The notes under the pieces are model-generated. The model made no database searches. It saw nothing but the letters and a program-made list of their open reading frames with translations, and was not told where the DNA came from. DNA of 62,790 nucleotides, counting the filler, from Choristocarpus tenellus KU-1152 (taxonomy: Eukaryota; Protista; Phaeophyceae), in NCBI GenBank assembly GCA_964200185.2. It is 10 parts of 10 records of this genome, joined end to end, with 100 filler letters (N's around TTAATTAATTAA, not from the genome) between each part and the next. Parts side by side here need not be neighbours in the genome. Positions count along the whole stretch, not along the records: positions 50,510 to 59,140 come from CAXNAD020004512.1; positions 59,241 to 62,790 come from CAXNAD020019318.1; 8 more parts are not named here. The stretch is one strand, 5' to 3'. How positions within the stretch are numbered: the first letter of the stretch is position 1; each line of letters begins with the position of its first letter. This document shows, piece by piece, positions 52,340 through 62,790 of the stretch. The translations under genes and the position numbers were made by a program.

Positions 52340-53876
52340 TTAACCTGACGAGGATGGGGTATATCGCCTCTCCCAGTGGGCAGGCCTATGCCGTGAGAGT
52401 GGCTGTCAATCACGAAAATCACACTCTTTGTACTGATGACACTTGCTCAGGTTTGTACTCTTTCCACGGGAAAAAAATCGGGATTTAGAGTGACGTTGGG
52501 CCGGAATTTGAAACCACTAACTTGTGAGACCCAGCGGTCAACAGAGCTCCTTGCCACGTGCTGCGCCTGTCCATGCTCTAACGACTCCTTCTCCTGACAG
52601 TGTTCTGATTCCTTTATCTTCCAGTCGTAGTGGTGCCTTTCTGGCTGTGCCTAAGCCACACCCCTTGTCCCTGCTTCTCAACCTCTTCGGTCAATCCTAC
52701 CACCCGTGGTCGATCCTATGGTTAGGTCTCGATAATTTTATTGAATTGTAGACAGTAAAGCACAGTCTACTCCTTCAAGGACTCCCTCTTCAGGAGGCTT
52801 GTTGTACTTCTTGCTAGGTCAGCTTATCGAGTTTGTCTTGAGGTCAAGAAACTCCAAAGAAAGATCGGGTCAACGCCATATACTCCAGTATGATAGAGAC
52901 CTAACCAATCACTATCCACAACCTTTGTTTACTACTCTTCGTTTCAACCATCTATTGCTGCCCTCTTAGTTGATTTAGATTGATCTTTTCCTGATTTTCG
53001 ACATCTTCTATTCAAACTTCGGTTGGTCTTCTCACCAACCTAACTTCCTCGTTCTGGCTCTAAACGGAGGGACAGACGAATATAATTTTATAGTTAGCAC
53101 GGGTCAAAACGTACAACGCAATATCTCATGGCCTTTACAGGAATAACGAAATGACCTTCATTTCACTGTGTTCACTATCTGCACTTGGTAAGAACGGTAA
53201 AAAAGATCCATCCATCCCGTTCTCTATATTCCATGGAAGATTTCTCACCATCACCTACAAGTGAAACGTCGTATACTCAGTACTACTCCGAAGTGCATCA
53301 ATTACGAGGTGACACAAACCATTTTATTAGCACCCCTTCCTTTCTCATCTTTCCATGACTTCTTGACAGTGGTACCTGTGGGGAAAGGCGTAACGCATCA
53401 TCTCTAGACAAGGGTTTTCCTTGGCAAGAGGTGTCAGTAGGAACTATTCCAAAAAGCAACGATGATCGAAACAGGGTTATCTAGTAGGTATCCACAGGAG
53501 TAACCTTCACCATATTTTTTATGGCACCCAAAAACATGCCCAACATCGAATACTGTTAATATGCAAATCATCAACCAAGTCCTCTTCATTTTTAGTTTTA
53601 TTTTTGGACTTCACAGTCCAAACAAACGTCCAAAGGAATTTTTATACCAATGAAATCGTAGTCCATCTGCAACCGTTTGAACTTTTTACATACATACCTC
53701 CCCACTAATAATCCAAAAACTGTGACTTGAATGAAGAAATACTACGAGGTAGGAAATATCGTTGTGTCTCACGAGTAATTACTGGAGCAACCTTTGTGGT
53801 ATGTGTTTATTACTTCCGAAGGTATGGGTGCCCAAGGGTCACTGTGCTGCAAGAAGGGACAGAACGCACAACTTAC

Positions 53877-54793
53877 CGTTTCCTCGCCGTTCTGCTCATC
53901 AAATAATGACCGTTTATGATTCAACACCCTAGGTGGAGGTTAAGGTAGCGGCAAATAACTGTGAAATCGCACACAATGCATGTGTATTCACGTGAACATT
54001 TTCTGTGTTTGATACATCCAAAATGTGCACGAGTCTTGAGTGTGCGCGCTGCAAGAAGAGTCGAAAGATCCCAAACACACAACAAACAACAAACCAGTTT
54101 TGACCGTTTTACAACTGAAACGGTAGAGAGGATCCAACGATTATCTCGGCGGCAACATTTTGACTACTACATCTCTTGGGTTAATCGTGGGAGAAACCTT
54201 CGTCACAGGGTGCCACCTAGTTCCTATACCCAAACACATGAATGCCGAAGTGCACAACTGTACTGCATGAAGTATCAAAAATATATACTCCAGAGTGGCA
54301 AGTATTATCGCGGAGTATATAATTAATGCAAGGGATAGGATGGAACATCGAATAATCTTGTTTGTAGATACAAATATCGACTAGAACTCTATTACCCTCC
54401 CCTGGACGACTCAGTCCCAAAGACCTTATCTATTTGTCCAAACCCCAACATACTTTACAAACAGATCTTCTACAGGCAAATCTCATGCCAACCCCTGTCG
54501 TGGGGATGTGATAATCTCGAAGTATCAACTCATCTCTCAGTCAAAGTAAACGAGGGGTACCCAGAGTTGCATTTTAAGGATGCTGACAAACATACGCAAA
54601 GTTCGACTTTTTATTACAAAAGCGTACAGGATATCTTCTTAATCGTTTGGGAAAAGTTTCAAACAATAGAGAAATAAGCTCTCTCAAATCAAACTTAGAA
54701 CTTCATCCGTGTAATACAGGTGAATTGCGAAAGTTTGAAAAACAGACTTGAAATGCAAAACGGTAAAAACCTGGGTACCTCTAGTTTCCGTTG

Positions 54794-54827
<34 letters not shown>

Positions 54828-57140
54828 CTTTTCTTGTGTTGTTGACCACTCATATAGAATTGTGCTGCTACATGACATAAGAATGTTGCCTACAGAGCAA
54901 GGAATCCCCAAGTCCTTTTAGTTTTGTACAAGGAAGGTTCAATAGTTGTACTGTTGATTGGGGGTGGTATATACATTCACAATTCTCTATGGCATGTGCC
55001 AAACATATGTGATGCTAAAAGTGGAGTGGAGAGGATATTGCACCCCCGGGTTGGAGTAAAATGTAACTTCACTACGTCAGTAACCATTTGGTGAATATAT
55101 CACATTGGCATGAACCAAACACACGAAAATATGTTTTAAAGAATGGCATGACCTACAAAATTGTTTTTACATCCACTCCCAACCTCTTTAGAGGCCTTTC
55201 CCATCCTCTTGCCTCACCTATACAGTCTCTGCGCGCCACGATCAATGACCCGCCCCCATTCCTCCTCTTCATCTGCCTCATCTTCCACGAGTGTCAAAAC
55301 CAATGGGGCATCACCCCTGTCACTCGAAAAGTCTGAAGGTGGAAACATCCATGACCCAGGGAGTGCTACTGGTCTGTCAAAGGATGGAAGAGCAGTGTCA
55401 TCACTCGCCCCCTCTTCAGTTTCTTGTTCCTCTTTGCCTTCATCCCTCCCCCCCTTCCTACCTCTCATCCATCCTTGACCTTCTCGTCCACTCTTATTCC
55501 CAGCATCCCTCCTTGCTCTAGATGCAGGGGTTGCTCCTGACACGAAACTCCATGAAGCTGGTAAACTCCCCAAAGGGCTCCCCAAACGTCCCCACACACC
55601 TTTCGCACTCAGTAACACATCTGTTTCGATAGACACAGAATTAAGCCCTTTACTGCATACTTCCGATTTTCTTCGACAGCTGTTACTTCTTCTCCTTCTG
55701 CTCAAATTCATGCCCCCTTCATGGTTTCCTCTATCTTGGGATACAGAAAATAGCTGCCCTGCATTCTTTTCTTTTGTGAGAGGGAGGCAGGATCCCACTG
55801 GTGGCAGAGAAATGGATAGGTTGCGGCTGCCCTCACCAGCCATGTACGGTCGGAAAGAGACGGAAAGCTGGTGGATGGCATGGAGTGGGGGGGAATCCAA
55901 GGTGATTTTGACAGGATAGGGGGAGCAAGTTGCAGCCTGGCAACAACCTTTGACCTTTCTTACAAAGGCGACTTGACATCTTCTTGCTAGGCACGCGATA
56001 TTCCTCAACCTGGGGGGTAGGGGAGGGAGTGAGGATATCCGAGTAGCCAGGATTTGTCTGTGCAATTGGGTGGAGTTGCTGCAAGTGGGAGGCACAAGAC
56101 ACAGTGCAAAGATTGAGCAAGAATAGCCCTTCAAGAAATGAGGAGGAGGAAAGAGGTAAGAAGCATGCTCTGGTTGGTTGCGCCCTGGAGGATGATACGT
56201 TATGGTATGCCTTGGATGCTGCTGTATTTGTTATTGTGGGTGATCGTTGCCTGACCTGGACTTCACAATCTGATGCAGGTGACCACACTTGTTTTTGGAG
56301 TTTAAATTTTACCATGGTTGAGCAATGAAGTCAACCAGAGTTGGACACTTGCATGTGTACTGCTACTGTGCTACAGTAGCAGCAGAGATCCTCTGTGCAG
56401 TATTTCAGACAGTTTGAAGACCTTGTCCACAGTACAGAGAGCATTTTATGGAATAATTTGGTAGAACTACATCTATGAAGTATCGATGCTGGACATCATG
56501 ACTTCAAGTTGAGCATACTAGGCTGATATGTAGTCCTAGTGATTCACAGGCAGCCACAAGGACATGCTCACGATGTCAATACTTGGAGTCCATGCAACTT
56601 TGAAACAACAGACTATAGGCCTCTTGTTGTAGAGTGAAAATGTGATGCATTTGATCTTCTTTTTGTACCCTAAACAGCACTTCCGTATCATTACCCGTGC
56701 TGCGGATAGCACAAGGACATTTGTGCTTGAGGATCATACGCACAAACTCTGCTCTACAAAAAGAACATTTGGTCTTGAGAGCTAAGCTCACTAACTCGCT
56801 CACTGCAAAGATACGCTCTACTTTGATGATAAATCATGGCACTACGGCAATAGAACACCACCATCTGACTGTACAAATCTACCCTACGGCAAGCACTCTC
56901 AACAACCAAACGACTAAAGTTTTTTAGAAATGATGCTCTCTTCTGGAGTAACTGCCACAATATTTCGTACTGTACGTTTGAAATGAGCAGAGTTAGTTTC
57001 CTCATCAACTCAGCTGCATTTATGTCAAAGTCCTTGCCTGGCCTTCCTTTGCTCTATCCGCCTGAGCTCTCTCTTCTCCTCTGCTGCGCTGACTACACGT
57101 TCTGGGTCCAACACTGCTCTTCGAATTTCCTCTAGCTCTC
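53877..57140 (-). CDS. Hypothetical multi-exon gene, low-complexity/coiled-coil product
   Basis: A long open frame (55214-56134) ends at AG|gtgagg (55218) and joins in phase to exon 53928-53877 (RVLNHKRSLFDEQNGEET|gtaagt). A charged exon-like segment lies near 57040-57140 (ELEEIRRAVLDPERVVSAAEEKRELRRIEQRK). No family was recognised and the structure is incomplete. Confidence 0.4.
54538..54790 (+). mobile_element. MITE family C
   Basis: CAGTCAAAGTAAACGAGGGGTACCCAGAGTTGC...CCTGGGTACCTCTAGTTT. Confidence 0.85.
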
Positions 57141-59240
57141 TGCATTCAAGGGAATCACGACATGGAGCGAACAAGTGTTCTACAACATAAATCAGGGTAA
57201 AGACGGGCACAATAAATTTGGCAATGCAGTACCTTTGCTCGAATAAATTGTCTAACCACAACTTCCACCTCACTTCCCAAGCATTCAACCCTGAAAACCC
57301 AATCAAGTAGTTTGCAATACACGTACTGACTGCTACGTGGAGGTGCGTTCCTTAGTCTATGTAGGACTCAACATCCATATCTGATTCGAAAACAAAACTC
57401 AAATCCTTCAACTTCAACCATCACCCCCATCCACCCTACTTTATTGACCAGTTTTCGAGTTAGTGTCCGATCCTGTGATCCCTTTAAATAGGTGACGTAC
57501 CCCACTTCCATGTGGACCAACCGCGCACGGTTTTATTTTGGATTGAAACACTGTGAGCGATAGCTCTCCAAAACAGAACACATTTGGAGTCAGCTGCAAA
57601 GGGTTCTGTGGAAAGAGAGACAAAGTCACCGGCAGTCTCTCGCCTTTGTGAGGGAAAACACCCTGGAAGATGTTTTTGGGCAATGGTACACTGTCCTTAT
57701 CTCCTGATCATTTTGCCCATATCATGTTTGGATTACACACCAACTATACCAGATTGCATATCGAAATAGAGGCAACATTAAATGTACCTTGATGCAACAA
57801 GAAAGTATCCTTACCTGTACACCAACTTGTATTCGACCCCTACCTCTGTTCCTAGGGAAATCTCCTGCTTGAATAACTACTGCTACCGAGTAATGTAGTA
57901 TTCATCCCCAGTCCTCCACTCCGCACACGCTACCTGAAAACCACACCTGCCCCTCTATTTCAGTCAAATATCAAAATGTGAAAGCCATTGCTTGCCTGAA
58001 TCTCCTCTCCTTCTCCTTTGCAGCCTCCTCTCTCTTGTTAGCCAGTTGCCTCATCGTCAACAGGACTGCCAAGATGCAACCTTGTTCAAGGCATGCTCTC
58101 CACCATTCCTTAGATGGTACAGTGGAACACGAATCATGGTGAGTTTACTGGAGGATACATTGGGATAGGAGCCAAAGAAGCAGGGGCGGAGAGGGGGCAT
58201 CCTGACCACACAGGTTGGCTCTGAGGAACAGGTTAGATTTACTGTGCTATTGGACCTTGATGTTGAGAATCAGTGGTAAATTCTCAGTGGTATATAAGGG
58301 CCATAAACAACAACAGCGATGTTTCCACGATGTTTAAGAATCAAAGTCAGCAGCAGGTAATCCATCTCTCTCTCTCTCTCCTAAAATACAAGCTCCTCTC
58401 CTTTCTACTGGTGGCCGGAGTTCAACGCTAGCAAGCACGGATTTTTCCACCTCAGTCCAGCAGACAACAGGACAATTGCAACCGGTGCCACACAAGATGA
58501 TGATGTATTCATTTTTCACAAAACACAGAAGTCTTGTTGCATCATGTTCAGAGGTCGTATCTCAGCCAAAGTGTGGCCATCTCTCAAATTCCCTCACTAG
58601 AGCTCTAACCGTAGGAGTCCGCAAAGTCAGGAGGGGGGGGAGAGGGACCGAAGATACGTATTCACGATGACATCTTCAAGTTTCTGGGTCCCTGCCAAAT
58701 ATTGATATATTACTGTATCACTGAGGCAGTCAGTTGTATATCTTAAACATTAGAGACTACAGGAAACAGGCGCGAACAGATGTTTGATCCACTTTTAGAT
58801 CTTGATGGGTATTTAGCATGTAAAGTCAGACCTGCGGAGGAAATAATATAGAAAAGTTTTTTTTAGGTATCCTTTACTCCAAAGTTACTCCGGAGAATAT
58901 ATAACCCCGATAAATCAAGGACACAGCTATCAGGGAGGAAAATTCGCATATCATTATACTAATACTTCGAAGCAGCATATCATTCATAGAAATTATTAAC
59001 AGTCCATCGTTTAGAAATTGTTCTTGGCGTGGTGAATCTCCCCTCATTACAGCCCATATTGGCACCCACCCCCAAAATATATTCGTTAACCCCCCCTTCC
59101 CCCCCCCTATTCATCTCTCGCCTCTAACACAAGAAACACCNNNNNNNNNNNNNNNNNNNNNNNNNNNNNNNNNNNNNNNNNNNNTTAATTAATTAANNNN
59201 NNNNNNNNNNNNNNNNNNNNNNNNNNNNNNNNNNNNNNNN

Positions 59241-59414
59241 GTGGAGGGGGTCGGGCGGTTTGGGAGGGGGCATCCGTTTCGGTCAAACAACTCTTTTTTT
59301 TTTGCTGACATTTCAAATCCAACACGTGCAACCAAATCACACCAAAAAAGTGAAAATCGGAAAAAGGGTGAAAAACGGACGCAGATACCCCCTCCCCCCC
59401 AGATACTTTGACCC
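59241..59414 (+). mobile_element. MITE family D (terminus GGGTCAAAGTATCT); further ends at 21563-21636 and 50510-50556, probably also 14908-14929 and 32646-32680
   Basis: It ends CCCCAGATACTTTGACCC. Its left part (CATCCGTTTCGGTCAAACAACTCTTTT) is the reverse complement of 21563-21600, and TGCAACCAAATCAC is shared with family B. Confidence 0.8.
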
Positions 59415-62400
59415 ATATTCTAATTTTATTTGTTTAGAATAATTTTTAAAATATAGTGTTTGAGAGGGAAAGGTTAAACAAATTTTTACCCAGTATAGAT
59501 TTGAATATGAAATTGGATGGGTAGTTCTTCGGGTTAATGTATTTCAGTGTAGGAGACGGAAAGGTCACTGCAAATAACTTCTTTGTGTGTTTTGGAAATA
59601 TAGTCTACTTTATTGAAATCCGTTGAATGGTGATATTGGGATCTCTGGGCACTGCTTATTCAGGGTTGTCACATGAAATGGTGTTGGAAGTGTAGTGTTA
59701 ATATGTGATATTTTTACTATTTCAGCATTAGATGGAAGCCTTCCTCGGCAGTTCTATGCGACCTCTTAGCCTAGTGAAGTAAGGTAGGTATTGTGTAAAG
59801 CAGGTAATACAGCACTATAATTGGGAGTGCTCGATTGACGTTCAATTGAACAGGGCTAAGACACCTGTAAGGGCGGGACTCAAGATAAAGATGGATCTCA
59901 GTGATGAAGGCAGTTCCTCCTCATGGGGGGGTCTTACTTGTTCTCACTATGGTCAGAGTCCATTGCCCAATCAACCTGTTGTGTCGTTACTGGGTCATGT
60001 AGGAGGGACTCTTTGCTGTAGGGCAGGTAACTCTCGATATTAGAAACCAATACAGCACAAAAATGATACTGCCTTAAAGACTTTTTTTGTCCCCTGTACA
60101 GGCCGGCATGCAGCCCTCTCCCTATCTGGGGTGTTATGGGTTTTGCAAATAGATGAACACACAGTTATGTATTGCCCATCTTCTGCTTTTGGAAGCATTC
60201 TACATAATCATGTATTATGAGCCTCTTGGGTCGGGATTGTGTGTATGTTGTGTTGGACAGCGCACTTGTACAGCTTGGCAAAGAGGGACCGACTTACAGT
60301 AGTATCATCATATAATTGTATCTCGAGCTATGTTTAAGAGAGGTTACCACACACAGAGGACGAGGGAGGATTGCAGGAACGGAGTGTACAGTGGGGGCTG
60401 CATACATCAAAATTATTTCATGGGGTGATAGGAAGTAACACACTTCCACTGTAAAGAAAAAACAGACTTATTTCTGTAAGCACAAACTGTCAAATCTGAA
60501 TAAGTGAAAATCGAGGAGAACTGTGCTTTTGCCAAGCATCTGTTTTTCCAACACCTTGCCCGCCTCGCCAGTGTCACATATATGATACATAGAAATTATG
60601 TGCAGGATAGAAGTCTGCAGGTGTTCCAAGAAAAACTCTAGTTGACTTTGCGATGTGACTCTAGCATTGTTTTTTATTGTTTAAGTTTATGTATGAGCTC
60701 TTTAAAGGTAATATGTGCATTCTCTATTACTTTCTTGTGTTACCCACCCCCAATCCTAGCCCTAACACTATTGTTCTTATTTTTTCAAATGACTGTACAT
60801 TCGAGTATACATGCTACATAGAGTTAAAGTGTTGTTTCGTGTGAAGGGAGAAGATTTTTGTGGATTAAATATTTGTGCAATTTGTAGCAACACCACGAGA
60901 GACTCCAACGTCAGTATGGTTTGCAACAGGTGTAAACAGCAAGATGGGGGTCTTGAGTCAACCTTACACGGGACAGGTGGTCTACAGTCGGATACATTCC
61001 TGTGAAGGCAGGCCAAAGAAGGGCTCAGTTAATGGCTGAACCAATCAATAGAGCGAGTGCTTGTTGGCATACCTCCAAACATGATTGATCGTGAACAAAT
61101 AGCTATTCATACTGATGATACCCATCCTCCCATTTGTTACATACTCAGTTGCATTTTTTCGTTGCATTTGTGGGTAGGATATGCAAGCAGAGACAATTTT
61201 CGTGTCTTAGTAATCAGTCTTTGGACTAATGGCAGCATTCTTATCCTTCAAGTTAGTGTAACATAAATAGTATGATAAGATGTGTGGTGTGCGGATTGGT
61301 TGCTTTGTCTTGTATGGTCAATATGAAGGAACTTCTTGTGAAGGAAGTCATTGTTCTATATTGTCTGCAATGTATGTGTGTGTGTCATGTTGATATTGAT
61401 GTGGTACTTGGTGTTGGCCACGTGGCAGCCATTGCATTCATTTGAAAGCATGCTGATGCCCTGAATGGTGGTATATATAGCATTTATTACAGATGTGCCA
61501 AGTTCAAAATATAGGGGTGGAGATTCTTTGGTTCTATCTTTTTTTGTTTCTCAGTCAATTATGCTTGTTGTTCATTACAGGGTTAGAGCTGGTTCTAAAC
61601 CCAGTCACCTATTTTCATTTTCCACAAGCTCACACTACCTGACCTCAGTACAGCATCCAGGTTTTAGTTGTTCTTGAAGAAGTAACATGATGTCTTTCAC
61701 TGTGCACTATAGATATGCAGTGCTGTGTGGGGGGCACTGCATGTATCGTGGTGTTTGATGGGTTGCCTCTTTCCACTGTCGTGTTTTCTGGCTAATAGAT
61801 ATCAAGTACGAACTTTGAGGAACACTTCGTCCAATATTGAAGGTGACAACTTGAGAGAAAAAATCTCTTTTATGAAAAATAGAGAAACATAGTTTATCGC
61901 ATCGTTTTTGACGAAGGACAGATGTAGTGGGGCAAACGACAAAAAAAGAGATAATTTGCAATGCTGTCATGGGTGGTTCAAAGAAGGGTGAACATAGACC
62001 CTAGTTTAAATATCCTGGAAAGAGGCTTTCCAACCATTTGTGAGGCTTACCCTCTTGAGAAGAAGTAGCCAACACAGAAAAAGAGAAAAAAGAAATGAAA
62101 AATGCTTTGTACTTCCTATATATTAATAGTCTAGTCGTCAAAACTGAGGTGTAAAATAGAGGTTCCGACCAAGATAACTCCAAGTTGCAGAGTTGTTTGG
62201 CAGCAAATCTACGATAGCATTCAAGCATGCCAGTGGGTGCGAGAGTGTCACACAAGCAGAGGAAGGATCAGTAAAGAATTAAGATTTTGTGGACGCACAG
62301 ATGTCAAGTTTGGGTTGAATATGAAGGGCTTTAAGGAGATCCCACAAATTCTGTGACCTTTCCTGCCAAGTGACAATGTGAGGAGGGTCCATCAATCCGT

Positions 62401-62742
62401 TCTTCACCATGACGCAGGGTGAATGATTTCCAAGGTCCAGTTTGGTTCTCTTCTCTACTTTTGGCAATGACAATCAAGTGAGGCAACACAATGGATGTAT
62501 GAATCGAAATATTGGTTGCTCAGGGATGTAATACAACTTCAAAAAACAGGGGTCCACGCTACTGAGGAGTGGTTCTCGCTTTGAGAGGATGTACCAATGT
62601 ACTTTCGACACGAAGGAATCTTCACTTCCCAACTAGCCCTCTTACACATCTATTCATATTTAAGGCTTATATTCTTGACAGTCTAGATGTACCCTATAAT
62701 GTTGGACAGAAAGTAGTGAGCGAACGTGTCCCTCTAGTTGGT

Positions 62743-62790
62743 GACCCAAAGTATCTGGGGGGGGGCTGTCTACACCAGGGTGTCCATTTG
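62743..62790 (+). mobile_element. MITE family B left end at the window end
   Basis: GACCCAAAGTATCTGGGGGGGGGCTGTCTACACCAGGGTGTCCATTTG. Confidence 0.85.

Noticed and set aside
53350-58100. Exon-like segments with in-frame TAG/TAA, suggesting stop-codon reassignment or a pseudogene
   Set aside because: RABL2 ends in TAA, the iota-CA ends in TAG, and all validated exons are stop-free. Similar false exons inside CFAP46 proved to be intronic.
59415-62740. Scattered minus-strand exon-like stretches (also 230-3350)
   Set aside because: They could not be chained in phase or matched to a family. A gene may be present but is unsupported.

Overview
This is eukaryotic, intron-rich DNA. The bipartite plastid leader, flagellar genes and repeat style suggest a photosynthetic stramenopile, probably a brown alga or relative (inference). 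The window is about 11 contigs joined by nine 100-bp N spacers that carry an artificial TTAATTAATTAA six-frame-stop linker, plus one 10-N gap. I reconstructed these genes by hand from phase-consistent splice junctions: a complete 5-exon RABL2 (minus) head-to-head with a complete 4-exon plastid-targeted, single-domain iota-class carbonic anhydrase (plus); a secreted spherulin-4/GH135-like gene cut by a gap; an 11-exon N-terminal part of CFAP46 with one GC-AG intron; one isolated GCP2 exon; and two poorly characterised multi-exon genes. The non-coding space holds about 25 copies or fragments of four related short inverted-repeat elements (here A-D). They share a GRSYCAAAGTA-like terminus, and A and B show 4-bp target-site duplications (Sola2-like by inference). 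Decayed Copia, DD39D mariner and other transposon remnants are also present. The most interesting signals are the MITE system and a possible third (thylakoid-lumen) targeting domain on the iota-CA.
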